Origin: a virus
Virus record (IMG/VR): IMGVR_UViG_3300020048_000014
Location: 64,001 to 128,000 of that record
Strand: one strand, 5' to 3'
Length of the DNA stretch: 64,000 bases
The stretch's first letter is position 1, and each line of letters opens with the position of its first letter. The translations under genes and the position numbers were made by a program. Below the pieces are notes generated by a model. That model had not been told where the DNA came from. It saw only the letters and a program-made list of their open reading frames with translations, and searched no databases. Shown in pieces: positions 1 through 10,013 of this stretch.

Positions 1-487
1 CTTCCCAATTTTCTTCATCTACCATTTTTTCTCCTAAGACTTCTTTAAATATATCTTTAAGAATTGCTCCGACTTTACCGCTGTAGGTTTTACCATAAGG
101 TATTTTATCAGAGAATGCGATTGCATTTTTATCTATTAAAACAAAAGTCTTAATATTCTCCGAACGAACTACAGGATTGACCGTATCAGAATCATCAATA
201 ACGGCAAATGTATATTCATATTTTTCATTTTTACCTTTTGGTTCTTTTGGCTTGAATGTAATATAAAATTCATCTCTTCCATCCCCTCTTAAAAAATAAT
301 CTTGTTCGATAAAATCATATGGATTGGCTATAGATATTGTTCCTGATGCGAATGGGTCAAATACGTTATCAATTAAGGTCATGCCGCGAATAGCAGACTT
401 TGTGAATGAAACTTCTTGATCATCTGTGTTAGATAACTTGAACTCGCACTCATACTCGATATCATTAATTTTAAACGTCTCTGCCAT
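1..487 (-). CDS. Partial CDS running off the left edge; probable baseplate hub/tail protein (gp27-like by position)
   Basis: Not in the ORF track. ATG at 487 overlaps the TAA of the upstream gene (TAATG); hand translation MAETFKINDIEYECEFKLSNTDD... stays open to base 1. Product inferred from position only. Confidence 0.6.
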   Translation of the reverse strand, partial: MAETFKINDIEYECEFKLSNTDDQEVSFTKSAIRGMTLIDNVFDPFASGTISIANPYDFIEQDYFLRGDGRDEFYITFKPKEPKGKNEKYEYTFAVIDDSDTVNPVVRSENIKTFVLIDKNAIAFSDKIPYGKTYSGKVGAILKDIFKEVLGEKMVDEENWE

Positions 488-885
488 TAATAATGCCTTC
501 CTGCAAAAATAGTAGATTGAGTAATATCCTGATAGATAGCTGTTCTCAGTGAATCAGTAATATACTTGAGTTGTGTCCCCCCATTAACATAAAATGGTGC
601 TCCAACGAACTTGTCCTTATTAAGTAAATATATTATCCACCAAGATTTAATATCTTCATAAATCTGATAGGAAACTATAGTTAATGCCGTTCTTGTTCGA
701 ACTTCGTAAAATTCGATATACTGACTATCAATTTCTGGGAAGTCGATCCTGTTCAAAATATTGTAAATTTGAAAATCCTTGTCTTCCTCAGATTGTTTGA
801 ATAATTTGAATATACGCTCATAATCTCTAATACTTAAAGCAGAGAGTGAGGGTAAATCGTTTTGGTAGTTTCCTAAATCTATCAT
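487..885 (-). CDS. Baseplate wedge protein, T4 gp53-like (LysM-like)
   Basis: TALTIVSYQIYEDIKSWWIIYLLN resembles the gp53/LysM-like pattern; about 130 aa; baseplate cluster context. Confidence 0.65.
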   Translation of the reverse strand: MIDLGNYQNDLPSLSALSIRDYERIFKLFKQSEEDKDFQIYNILNRIDFPEIDSQYIEFYEVRTRTALTIVSYQIYEDIKSWWIIYLLNKDKFVGAPFYVNGGTQLKYITDSLRTAIYQDITQSTIFAGRHY

Positions 886-890
886 AATTA

Positions 891-1700
891 TTAAGCGTTA
901 CTTATAAATCCCGCATGTTCCATGGTAAGTGATTGCATAGACATTGATATTTGATAAGCTTCTGGATGAATAATGCCATTTATCATTCTTCGATATCCCA
1001 ACAATTGCACTGAAAATTGACTACAATACGCCCACTGAATAAATCTCTGACCATATACCCTTACTTTATAAATTCTTGGCGGTTCTACCGAGATACTATT
1101 TAATCTTAAAGGTCTATTTATCTCTGTCAATTTTTGAACTAATTCATGGTTTAATTTGACCGAATCTTCATTGATAGTATTTGACAACACGAATGTTATA
1201 TCTAATGCCGAATCATTTTTATCAAATTGATAAAACATAGGTGTTTCCACATAAGATCCGGGAGCACTTCTACCCTGTGTCAAGGCATCTTTTATATTCG
1301 ATAAGTCCGTGGTGGCGAGTCCGGGAATATTGACACCTAATTGAGCACCTAAACCAATGTATTGATTTATATTATTTTTAAGACTTTCACCTATCCCTCC
1401 TCCATTTCCCAAACCATCTTGAAACGTATCTCCGAAAGTGTTTGAGAATGACCTAACATTATCACCAAAAAACGGTAGCCTAAAATCATCTTCCGGCTCA
1501 GTGGAACCAGAATACATTTTTCGATAAAACTCTTCAGCAGTTTTAGTAACTCCAATTGCTTTATATCCTTCAATCATAGTCATTATTTGATTGGATATTA
1601 TTTTATGAGATTTCAACCAAACCATAGGTGCTTCTTTCCTGACAGAAGATCCTTTTGGGGAGGATGTCCAATCATAATCTTTCACTATGTTATACATCAT
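891..1700 (-). CDS. Baseplate/tail tube cap protein, gp48-like
   Basis: Tube-fold-like C-terminus (ITFVLSNT...PPRIYKVRVYG...YCSQFSVQ...PEAYQISMSMQSL); lies between tape measure and gp53-like genes. Confidence 0.5.
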   Translation of the reverse strand: MMYNIVKDYDWTSSPKGSSVRKEAPMVWLKSHKIISNQIMTMIEGYKAIGVTKTAEEFYRKMYSGSTEPEDDFRLPFFGDNVRSFSNTFGDTFQDGLGNGGGIGESLKNNINQYIGLGAQLGVNIPGLATTDLSNIKDALTQGRSAPGSYVETPMFYQFDKNDSALDITFVLSNTINEDSVKLNHELVQKLTEINRPLRLNSISVEPPRIYKVRVYGQRFIQWAYCSQFSVQLLGYRRMINGIIHPEAYQISMSMQSLTMEHAGFISNA

Positions 1701-1708
1701 ATAATTAT

Positions 1709-3760
1709 TTAAGCTAATGAGTAATGACTAGATGCGTATCCATCTCTATTATTATCAATGTTAATATATGATGTGCCATTAGTCGGGGAGGGGGCAGTTT
1801 TTTGAATTATTATTGGAGAAGCTGCGCTATTAGACTTATCCCCCCTAGCCATAATTGCAGTATTATTTGCAATAGCCATTAAATATGAATTAGTAGTCAA
1901 TCCAATTTCGACTAATCTTAGATATGAATCATTTTTAGGTTTAGATTGTAAAAATTCATTGATAGCTCCACCCGATTTTAGACCCATTAATTCATCTTTA
2001 TTATTAAATTTATGAATTCTACCATCTTTAATAATAAAATCTTGCATTTCCTCTTTAGGTGGTTCAGTATTAGTGAAGAATGCGCCAATTGATTTAGTAT
2101 ACTTTTCAGGTATGATATAATCAGATATTAGACCACCTAAATATTCTCCTGCTAGTGCTCCTCCAAGTGCTCCCACAATAGAACCTATAGCAGTTCCGAC
2201 TAATGGAATAGGAATAAGAGTTCCTAATGCTCCTCCCAATAATGCACCACCAGCAGAACCTACAGCACCTGTAATAGCGGTTATTATTCTTTTGCCTGCA
2301 TCCTTTTGAAGTTCGTCTTTGGTTATTTCACCTTTATTGTATTTGTCCTTCATTCCTTTTATATCATAAGCTGCAAAAGCGGCTGTTATAGCTGGACCAA
2401 TAATTGGTGCTTTAGATAAAGTTCCTCCGAATAGTTTTGGAATTGCTTTAGGTGATGGTAAAATATTTTTAATATTGGTTTTAACTAATGCTTTGGCAGA
2501 ATCGACTGTTTTTGTTTTAACTACATTTACTGCACTACTTGCTGCTTTACTAACACTACCTGCTGCTCCACTCACTGTTTTACTAATACCGCCTGCTGCT
2601 CTACTAATACCACCTGCTGCACTCGATGCTAATCTACCAACAGAACCTGCTGCTCTACTAATACCACCTGCTGCACTCGATGCTAATCTACCAACAGAAC
2701 CTGCTGCTCTACTAATACCACCTGCTGCACTCGATGCTAGATTGCTAGATTTCTTCGCAATAAAGGTCGCCACCTTCGTAGGTGTTATATTTCTCTTGAT
2801 TCTTTTATATGCCGCCATCGAATTTCTCACCACATTAGGTGTTAATCTTTTAATGGTTCGGGTTTTAAAATTTTTCAATGCTTGTAATGGTTTTCCAAAA
2901 ACATTAGATACTACCCCCTTCAAGCTAGTTAATATTTTAGCTCCTAAAATAGCAGCTAATGAAGATAAAAATCCACCACTTGTATTGCCTTTACCATTAC
3001 CATCATCTTTTCCTTTTTTAGAACTACTGGAAAATTCGCCGAAACTATTTATACCTTTCGGTTTAGACGTTAGTGTTTTTAATTTGGTGTCTTTTTTTTG
3101 TCTCCTTTGCTCATCAAAAAATTGCCCAATTACTATTTTAGCCCAACTGAGTGTTCGACTTTTTTCCGCCCCTTCTAATGTAGAAGGTTTGGATTTGATT
3201 GGTATCGCTTTAGGCTTTTTATATACTTCTCTACTGAGACTTAACAATGTTTTAGGTTTTTCAGCTTCGGTTTTTTTAGCTTCGGGTTTTTCAACTTTAG
3301 GCTTTTTATATACTTCTCTACTGAGACTTAACAGTGTTTTAGGTTTTTCAGCTTCGGGTTTTTTATATACTTCCTTTTTCTGTAAAAGAGGTTTAGGTTT
3401 TTCAGCTTCGGTTTTTTTAGCTTCGGGTTTTTCAACTTTAGGCTTTTTATATACTTCTCTACTGAGACTTAACAGTGTTTTAGGTTTTTGTTCAATTTTT
3501 GATGAGGCTATCTTGACATCTTTATCCTTCTGTAATTGTTTTCGAAAAAAAATATTCGAAGATATTTCAGAAGCTTCGGATATTCTAGATTTTTCAGTTG
3601 AAGTTAATCTTGAAGGAGTGTTGTCATCAGTAAATGTGGAACCTTTCGATTTTAAAATATTTTTGGATGTCACGCTATTCTCTGAATTATTTTTCAGAAA
3701 ATCCTGAGTCAATTCGCTCTGTTTTTGTAAAATATCTAAAAGTGATCCTACTATATCCAT
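1709..3760 (-). CDS. Tape measure / baseplate hub protein (gp29-like) with internal repeats
   Basis: 683 aa, Ala/Gly/Lys-rich, hydrophobic GGALLGGALGTLIPIPLVGTAIG segment, tandem repeats, tail cluster context. Confidence 0.6.
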   Translation of the reverse strand: MDIVGSLLDILQKQSELTQDFLKNNSENSVTSKNILKSKGSTFTDDNTPSRLTSTEKSRISEASEISSNIFFRKQLQKDKDVKIASSKIEQKPKTLLSLSREVYKKPKVEKPEAKKTEAEKPKPLLQKKEVYKKPEAEKPKTLLSLSREVYKKPKVEKPEAKKTEAEKPKTLLSLSREVYKKPKAIPIKSKPSTLEGAEKSRTLSWAKIVIGQFFDEQRRQKKDTKLKTLTSKPKGINSFGEFSSSSKKGKDDGNGKGNTSGGFLSSLAAILGAKILTSLKGVVSNVFGKPLQALKNFKTRTIKRLTPNVVRNSMAAYKRIKRNITPTKVATFIAKKSSNLASSAAGGISRAAGSVGRLASSAAGGISRAAGSVGRLASSAAGGISRAAGGISKTVSGAAGSVSKAASSAVNVVKTKTVDSAKALVKTNIKNILPSPKAIPKLFGGTLSKAPIIGPAITAAFAAYDIKGMKDKYNKGEITKDELQKDAGKRIITAITGAVGSAGGALLGGALGTLIPIPLVGTAIGSIVGALGGALAGEYLGGLISDYIIPEKYTKSIGAFFTNTEPPKEEMQDFIIKDGRIHKFNNKDELMGLKSGGAINEFLQSKPKNDSYLRLVEIGLTTNSYLMAIANNTAIMARGDKSNSAASPIIIQKTAPSPTNGTSYINIDNNRDGYASSHYSLA
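2592..2739 (-). repeat. 54-bp tandem repeat (about 2.7 copies) encoding SRAAGSVGRLASSAAGGI
   Basis: Unit cctgctgctctactaataccacctgctgcactcgatgctaatctaccaacagaa starts at 2592, 2646 and 2700. Confidence 0.9.
3205..3490 (-). repeat. Imperfect coding repeats (about 87-bp unit) encoding KPKTLLSLSREVYKKPKVEKPEAKKTEAE
   Basis: Three KPKTLLSLSREVYKKPK copies plus one KPKPLLQKKEVYKKP variant in the translation. Confidence 0.85.
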
Positions 3761-3782
3761 TATATTATTTAATCATTAAATT

Positions 3783-4505
3783 TTATTCGAAAAAAGTATA
3801 ATCTATATCTATAACTATATCATCAACCGTTAATAACTTTTCATCATATTCTCTGACATTTACAATAAACTCTGTTATTTTATTGGTCATTGTGGCTGGT
3901 AATGCGTTGATTATTTTATTTCTTTCATCTGATGGCAAACTATACATATCGATCATTTTGTCACCATAGGAAATACTCTCTATAAATTTGGGTATCTCAT
4001 ATGAGAGAATTATAGACACATTATTCCCGATATCTTCAATATTATTTTTCTTTATTTCCTCGATACATCCAGAAATAAATTTATTTTCTTCCACTAGTGT
4101 CGGTATCTTCAAATTTACTACATAACCGACGCCTTCGATTGATTTATTACACTCGGCATCAAATTTTTTAAAATTTTTAATTGCTTCATTTATTTTAATC
4201 GAAGTGTCTCCAATTTGGATGGGTTTGTCAAATAAATTTTTCCTCAAAGCTAAAATAATTGGAATCCTATCATAGATTTTTAATTGTGATTCACCGCTAT
4301 TCTCTAAAATTATCTCGTTTAAATTTTTAATGAATTGCATTACACCAATCAATCCATTTAGACCAGACGTTATTAACTGTTTTTGTTGTCTAAAATTTAA
4401 TGGCGATATTTCTATTGTTTTTTTAGAAGATGTCTCAACTTTAATTTTTTTAGAATATTCTTTATCTAAAACATCTAAAAATTCTGTTAAATTATCTTTG
4501 CTCAT
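3783..4505 (-). CDS. Baseplate hub assembly protein, gp26-like
   Basis: ISPLNFRQQKQLI...YDRIPIILALR...LKIPTL pattern, size and position fit gp26-like chaperones. Confidence 0.5.
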   Translation of the reverse strand: MSKDNLTEFLDVLDKEYSKKIKVETSSKKTIEISPLNFRQQKQLITSGLNGLIGVMQFIKNLNEIILENSGESQLKIYDRIPIILALRKNLFDKPIQIGDTSIKINEAIKNFKKFDAECNKSIEGVGYVVNLKIPTLVEENKFISGCIEEIKKNNIEDIGNNVSIILSYEIPKFIESISYGDKMIDMYSLPSDERNKIINALPATMTNKITEFIVNVREYDEKLLTVDDIVIDIDYTFFE

Positions 4506-4546
4506 GAAGAATATTTAACATATGCGAGTGAATTGTCAATATATTA

Positions 4547-5311
4547 TCACTTTTTCGATGAATTTTCATCTTCATATAATCGAATTAAATTATCCAATTC
4601 CATCGGCGTTCTACTATTTAAAAAAGTTATATCGTTAAATCTCCTCGATAAAATAAATATCATTTCGATGATGGATTCATATTCATAATATGAATATAAA
4701 GTTTTTAATAAGTAAAATGCTGAGTTATTAAAAAAATTAACATGTATTGGCTCTAAATTAAACTTAGAATCCATTAAAATAGTGTTTTTATTATTTTTAA
4801 GAATGAATGAATTTATACCATCTATTGTACTGCCTTTAAGTTTATTGAGGATATCAAATTTTTGTGATTTGTCAAGATCTGCGAAATCTATAAATTTATC
4901 AGATATAAAAATATTTTTAATACAATCAGTGATTAAATCTTCTCTATCATCAAAATATAATTTAGATGGATAATCCAGTAAAATATCTAATCCATCTATT
5001 GACAATCTTTCTTTTATTGGTAAGATACTTGTCTTCAAAGAATTTTGAAATATATTTAAATTTAATGTAATATTACTTTCGCCATTGTTTAGTATAAGAG
5101 ATTCATTAATAAATTTAGATCTAGCAATTAATAATGAGTTAAATTTATCTATTCCTATGTTTGAATGTGTGATCTTTGACATAAGTAAATCATGTATTAC
5201 AATGTCAGATTTGTTTTCAGATGCGAATGATATATCTCTACAATCTTCCAATGTGAATGATTCTACTTTAGAATAATCACCTCCGATTAAATTATCGACC
5301 ATTATAAACAT
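4547..5311 (-). CDS. Baseplate hub assembly protein (gp26/gp51-like)
   Basis: C-terminal EMIFILSRRF...FLNSRTPMELDNLIRLY resembles gp51-like; context. Confidence 0.4.
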   Translation of the reverse strand: MFIMVDNLIGGDYSKVESFTLEDCRDISFASENKSDIVIHDLLMSKITHSNIGIDKFNSLLIARSKFINESLILNNGESNITLNLNIFQNSLKTSILPIKERLSIDGLDILLDYPSKLYFDDREDLITDCIKNIFISDKFIDFADLDKSQKFDILNKLKGSTIDGINSFILKNNKNTILMDSKFNLEPIHVNFFNNSAFYLLKTLYSYYEYESIIEMIFILSRRFNDITFLNSRTPMELDNLIRLYEDENSSKK

Positions 5312-5351
5312 ATATTATATTCAGTTATTTTTATCAAACTCCGGTGGAATC

Positions 5352-5957
5352 CTAGGAGAATTGTTCATAATTTTGACATGCAAAAGTTACAGATTTAATT
5401 TTAAAATCGGTATTATCATAATTTAAAGTATAACCTTCTATAGCAGTCGGAAAAACTTTAGTGAATTTAAATCCCTTAATAAATTTTCCACTATTACTAT
5501 ATTGTTTTACGAGTATATTAGCCTTTAAGTTTGCTCCTCGCGCAATCAATCCTTTAATTCCTATAGCGATTAACCATGGTCTAAAAAAATTATGTTCTAT
5601 GTCCACTTGGGTTTCAAGAAAATTTATAGTAAGACCTCTATCTAGAAAATTTGACCTAGCAGTTAGCGCATATCCGGGTAAAAATCCACCAGTATTTACC
5701 CCGCTGGGATGTGCATCAAATGTAGAAGATTCTCTTGGTAATGTTATCTCTTGCGCTACTAAGATAGTGTTAGTTTTTATATATGATGCGGGATCTACTC
5801 TCGCATTCCAAGATTCTCCAGCATCTTGTAGAATTTGATTAATAGATGATTTCTCCACTCCGTCTATAGTAACAGTCCATAGAACTGGAAGATTTAAAAA
5901 ATATTTTTCATCATTAGAAAAAGCTGAGAAAAATTCATTAATATTGGGACCAGACAT
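5352..5957 (-). CDS. Tail tube paralogue / baseplate tail tube initiator (gp54-like)
   Basis: Tube fold motifs LTINFLET...FFRPW and FKFTKVFPTAIEGYTLNYD. Confidence 0.6.
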   Translation of the reverse strand: MSGPNINEFFSAFSNDEKYFLNLPVLWTVTIDGVEKSSINQILQDAGESWNARVDPASYIKTNTILVAQEITLPRESSTFDAHPSGVNTGGFLPGYALTARSNFLDRGLTINFLETQVDIEHNFFRPWLIAIGIKGLIARGANLKANILVKQYSNSGKFIKGFKFTKVFPTAIEGYTLNYDNTDFKIKSVTFACQNYEQFS

Positions 5958-5981
5958 TTAAATTATTTAATCATAAAATAA

Positions 5982-6015
5982 AAAATCGCAATGACACTTA
6001 AGCCATTGCGATTTT
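5982..6015 (-). terminator. Rho-independent terminator after tail tube gene
   Basis: AAAATCGCAATG-N10-CATTGCGATTTT inverted repeat followed by a T-run on the minus strand. Confidence 0.8.
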
Positions 6016-6033
6016 AATAAATAGTATTTTAAT

Positions 6034-6618
6034 TTATAATGCCCCGCCGAATGTGAAGTCTTCATACCAGTGATATGACCAAGTGGTGGGTAAAGTTTTA
6101 ACTTCCCCCGTGCCATCAGCAATTTGATATTCTACCGCACCAATAGTTCTAATATTAGCACCGATTAGTTTTATTTCTCTGGCGACCTGTAAACCAGCCC
6201 CACCAGCATTTCCTGTTCCGCATGGAATGCTCAATACTTGTAATTGGACCCAGCTATCGTCACCCGGCATACACATCTGACCAGATGTGGTGTCATTATC
6301 GAATGTTTTTCTGGAAATGGTTTCCAATTTTCCACGAAGATCTAAGCTTTGATCCATATAGAACTCAATCGGATAAGATTCAGAACCGGGATATGAGGAT
6401 TTACCATTTAAGTGAAAGGTTTGCCCAGAATAGTTTACTAATTTATCCTCGATATCTCTTCCGGGTAAAGTGGCAGTTCTAGCGAATACTAGATCATCGT
6501 CGCCCAATAGCTCCATCCCAACTACTTTGATAGAAGTAACTCTCATGAAAAAATCACGAGAAAATTGTTTACTTCCAGCAATGCTATAAAATTTATTAAT
6601 GTCTACAATATCAGCCAT
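6034..6618 (-). CDS. gp19: Tail tube protein
   Basis: RTATLPGRDIEDKLVNYSGQTFHLNG...IEFY.D...LR...ETI...IRTIGAVEY...TWSYHWY; directly follows the sheath gene. Confidence 0.8.
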   Translation of the reverse strand: MADIVDINKFYSIAGSKQFSRDFFMRVTSIKVVGMELLGDDDLVFARTATLPGRDIEDKLVNYSGQTFHLNGKSSYPGSESYPIEFYMDQSLDLRGKLETISRKTFDNDTTSGQMCMPGDDSWVQLQVLSIPCGTGNAGGAGLQVAREIKLIGANIRTIGAVEYQIADGTGEVKTLPTTWSYHWYEDFTFGGAL

Positions 6619-6623
6619 ATTAT

Positions 6624-6629
6624 TATTTA
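6624..6629 (-). promoter_or_regulatory. Late-type promoter TAAATA (tail tube)
   Basis: 5 nt before ATG 6618; representative of the genome-wide motif. Confidence 0.75.
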
Positions 6630-6718
6630 GTTATTTGATATGCAAAAACTAAATTTCCGCAATCTTTAATATTTTCTTTAATTATCTGATCGTCTGCCAT
6701 GAAGTTAATTCATTTGGG

Positions 6719-6760
6719 AAAAAAAGAAAAGCAAGGATTAATCCTTGCTTTTCTTTTTTT
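6719..6760. terminator. Perfect 42-bp palindrome, probable bidirectional terminator after the sheath gene
   Basis: AAAAAAAGAAAAGCAAGGATTAATCCTTGCTTTTCTTTTTTT is its own reverse complement and overlaps the sheath stop codon. Confidence 0.8.
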
Positions 6761-9521
6761 AGATGAGTTCGTTGAAGTTCGTATCTGTGCGAGTAGCTGT
6801 AAATGTAACGATTATAAATTCCGCAGTTCTTACAGGTTTGATATAAATATCAGCTTTCATTTCATTGGAATCAATAACTTCTGGGGGATTATTTCTGTCG
6901 TCGCATACAATCAAGTAATCGTAAAGACCACCATTCTGTTTAGCATATTCGAATATCGGAGTTAGGGTATTAACAAATCTAGTTCTTGTGAACGCATTGT
7001 TTGGTTCAAAGACAAAGAAGATAGAAGCTTTTTTGGTAGGTCTTTCAAGAGCTAAGAAAAGTCTACGAACATTAATTCTATCAAATGCGCTTGGTTTTTT
7101 ACTCATGGTCTTCTGACCAAAGATAGCCATACCTTGTGAAGGACTGAATAGGACAGGGTTTATATTACTCTTATAAAGCTCATCACGTTGCTTTTGATTA
7201 GGTGTGATTGCGATATCGACCACATTACCACTTACAAGACCTCTGGTGTAGCCAGCAGGGGCAGACCAAGGGAATTCAGCGGCATCATTGCGAGCATAGG
7301 TAGCACCCGCCACAGAGGAGAATGGCACCCAAATCTTATCACCAAGGAATTCATCATATACTTGCGCCCAGTTTGCATAGACAGCAGCATAAGAAGTATT
7401 CTCATTTTCTAATTGATGCCTCATCGCCCAATAGATATGTTGTTGGAAATTTTTAGATCTATCAGTAAGAACTTTTGTATTCTTACCAGTAATCATAATT
7501 TGACGGATCGGATCAGCGATGAACATACAGTCACCGCGACCACCAGTATTACTCGGAAGATTACAGAAGTTTTCGAAGGTATTGAAGATTACGCTATAAT
7601 TAGAGCGAATATCTCCACCGACCGAATCCAGAGCATTTGATGTTCTAAGCCTGTCAATAGCCGCACTCATTGCAGATGTATATAAAGTGTCATCATAGTA
7701 AGTAGTGCTTAATGATTCTATACCATCAATTGCTAGAAGATTAGTCATGGTGTGAATAGTCCCAAGACCAGCTTCGACAACCACATCGATGTCATAGATT
7801 TCATCATTCTTAACTGCTTCAAGAGCACGTTCCAGTTTGCTTGGAATTGAACCGAGGAGTTTGGAGGTTACTTGGGGATTAGAATAAGCACCTACAGGGT
7901 AAAGATTGTCGGCGTATCCAAGATTAGCACTGAGAGTTGGATATGCGCCAGCAGCAATACCAGAGATAGTAGAGGATACTCCAGCAAGATTGCGGGTAAG
8001 AACCCGAATTTTTTTCTTGGGATTACCTTCAGCATCAATAGCAGTTCCACCAAACTTATTAGATAACCAAGGATTTACTAGAATTTCAACATTCCGATCA
8101 TCAGTATCCAAAGATTCGAGGAAGAATGATGTTTGTGGTCCACCAGTAGGATTGAGACGCTTTCTATAAGAATCGATAGAACCAGTAATCTTACCATCAA
8201 GAACATAATCGATCTTATATGCTTCAGTGGCATATAAACTCTTACGAAGTTTAAATACGCCAATATTTAGAAGATCGTCATCATCTCTACCATCGATGTT
8301 GTAATCTGTAAGACCTTCGAGAACTTGAGAGATACTGGTTGGTGAACCTGCGGTATTACTTGAAGACAACGCAAAATCCAAAGTTCCGTTTGGAATTGTG
8401 GTGTAATCTACTGTCACGTTATTAACAGGAACCCCAGTAAACTTAGAAGACATGCTAACAGTTTTAGCACCTACGATAGCATTGAATGGAGATGCTGGGT
8501 TGATATTGGAGTTATCAGCCATACCGACATAATAACCTTCAAATTGACTATTGATGCTTGTCTGTGATTTATTAAGAATAATAAGACCAGCTTTACCCAA
8601 GGCTGGTAGCGTGGACAGACCATTGTGATTACAACCACTTGCAGACCATGTGAAGAGAGATCCATCTTGTGCTTGATTATATTCATTCTCAGTTAGGGAA
8701 ACATGAACAGGATCACCGAGAACATACACCCCATCGGTTATGTTTAAGTTTTCACTAACACCAGCACCTACACTAATTGCGCTCGTCGCGGCGGTAATAT
8801 TGAAGATATCCCCCTCGTCGTCAAGACCACTTACTAGAGACGCACTAGTCGATGCTACCATACTATATGGAACGTATCCAGCCAGAAATATAGTAAATGA
8901 TGAGGTATCACCAGTAGTAGTTACTACTTCTGGATTAACAGTAGACAATGATATCGTAGTTCTTGTTTTAGAAATAACTAGTGCATGAGTATCATTACTA
9001 TTAACTGGGACGACAATGTTTCCTGATCTAGCAGGAACTGCTCCATTTATTGAATAGACTACAGTTTTACTCAAGCCACCACTGGTTTGAAACGAGAACG
9101 CCGCACCGGATAATACTGACGCACTTAATGTATTAGAATATGATAGATCAATTTTGAAATAAGTCACACCTGTGAACGAAGAACCTGAATATGTATTAAC
9201 TGGATATGCCAATGCGGAATATTCAGATCCAAAACCTGCACCAGCACCTTCCCCATAAGGAAGTCTAAAAGTATAGATGTTTGCAGGAGAATTTAGTAAT
9301 TCTCTAATACCGTGATAAAAATACCTTTCAGCAGAATTGGTCGGAACACCATAAATTGCTAATAATTCATCATTCGATGATATTTTTAAAACCTCATCTG
9401 TTGGTCCTTGTGAGCTGTATCCAGCAATGAATAAATTTGTGCCAATATTGGTTGGTGCTATTAATGAAAGATCGCGTTCACGAATTTCTACGCCCGCACT
9501 CTGTATAGTTCTAGTTGCCAT
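6759..9521 (-). CDS. gp18: Tail sheath protein
   Basis: N-terminal SAGVEIRERDLS; C-terminal PWSAPAGYTRG, QKQRDELYKSNINPV, FDRINVRRLFL, FVFEPNNAFTR, IYIKPVRTAEFI. Confidence 0.95.
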   Translation of the reverse strand: MATRTIQSAGVEIRERDLSLIAPTNIGTNLFIAGYSSQGPTDEVLKISSNDELLAIYGVPTNSAERYFYHGIRELLNSPANIYTFRLPYGEGAGAGFGSEYSALAYPVNTYSGSSFTGVTYFKIDLSYSNTLSASVLSGAAFSFQTSGGLSKTVVYSINGAVPARSGNIVVPVNSNDTHALVISKTRTTISLSTVNPEVVTTTGDTSSFTIFLAGYVPYSMVASTSASLVSGLDDEGDIFNITAATSAISVGAGVSENLNITDGVYVLGDPVHVSLTENEYNQAQDGSLFTWSASGCNHNGLSTLPALGKAGLIILNKSQTSINSQFEGYYVGMADNSNINPASPFNAIVGAKTVSMSSKFTGVPVNNVTVDYTTIPNGTLDFALSSSNTAGSPTSISQVLEGLTDYNIDGRDDDDLLNIGVFKLRKSLYATEAYKIDYVLDGKITGSIDSYRKRLNPTGGPQTSFFLESLDTDDRNVEILVNPWLSNKFGGTAIDAEGNPKKKIRVLTRNLAGVSSTISGIAAGAYPTLSANLGYADNLYPVGAYSNPQVTSKLLGSIPSKLERALEAVKNDEIYDIDVVVEAGLGTIHTMTNLLAIDGIESLSTTYYDDTLYTSAMSAAIDRLRTSNALDSVGGDIRSNYSVIFNTFENFCNLPSNTGGRGDCMFIADPIRQIMITGKNTKVLTDRSKNFQQHIYWAMRHQLENENTSYAAVYANWAQVYDEFLGDKIWVPFSSVAGATYARNDAAEFPWSAPAGYTRGLVSGNVVDIAITPNQKQRDELYKSNINPVLFSPSQGMAIFGQKTMSKKPSAFDRINVRRLFLALERPTKKASIFFVFEPNNAFTRTRFVNTLTPIFEYAKQNGGLYDYLIVCDDRNNPPEVIDSNEMKADIYIKPVRTAEFIIVTFTATRTDTNFNELI

Positions 9522-9527
9522 ATCACT

Positions 9528-9533
9528 TATTTA
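9528..9533 (-). promoter_or_regulatory. Late-type promoter TAAATA (tail sheath)
   Basis: 6 nt before ATG 9521. Confidence 0.75.
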
Positions 9534-9568
9534 GCAATTTTCATCTACAAATTTTAAACTATTAAATA

Positions 9569-9967
9569 ATGAGCAAAAAAAATTTGATTTACGAAAATTA
9601 TTTGATATTATTTCCTCATATGGAAAACACAGAGACACCGAAAGTATATTTAAAATATTATCTACGAAAAAACCCACTCTTTGAAAAAGATTACACCAAA
9701 GACGAACTTATCGCTTTGGTAGAAACCGAGTATGCCAATGAGAGGGAGCGATATTCTCATGACCCCCAGAAAACCTATTTACACACTAAAGCTGAATTAT
9801 GGGATATGAACAAAACATTTATAGCTGAATTTTCACAATACCCATTTTCACTCGAAAGGACAGCGATCATGGCTTCAGAAGAAGCGAAAATAATGGAAAG
9901 GGTTGAAAAATCTGAAGGATTCGTAAGATGGGTTGATAAAGATGATTTCGATGTGGCGAGTGCTTGA
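9569..9967 (+). CDS. Hypothetical protein
   Basis: 132-aa ORF filling an intergenic gap, opposite orientation to the tail operon. Confidence 0.7.
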   Translation: MSKKNLIYENYLILFPHMENTETPKVYLKYYLRKNPLFEKDYTKDELIALVETEYANERERYSHDPQKTYLHTKAELWDMNKTFIAEFSQYPFSLERTAIMASEEAKIMERVEKSEGFVRWVDKDDFDVASA

Positions 9968-10013
9968 CTCTCAAACTTTATAGAAAAATCAAAGCAATTT
10001 TAAAAAATAAATT

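Noticed and set aside
2475-3707. 410-aa + strand ORF antisense to the tape-measure-like gene
   Set aside because: Mirror of low-complexity repeats on the coding strand; no promoter or independent features.
6699-8988. Several short ORFs overlapping the sheath gene
   Set aside because: Antisense or alternate-frame ORFs within a strongly conserved gene.
9965-10013. TTGACT as a sigma70 promoter for the 58-aa ORF
   Set aside because: No acceptable -10 box at 16-18 nt spacing.
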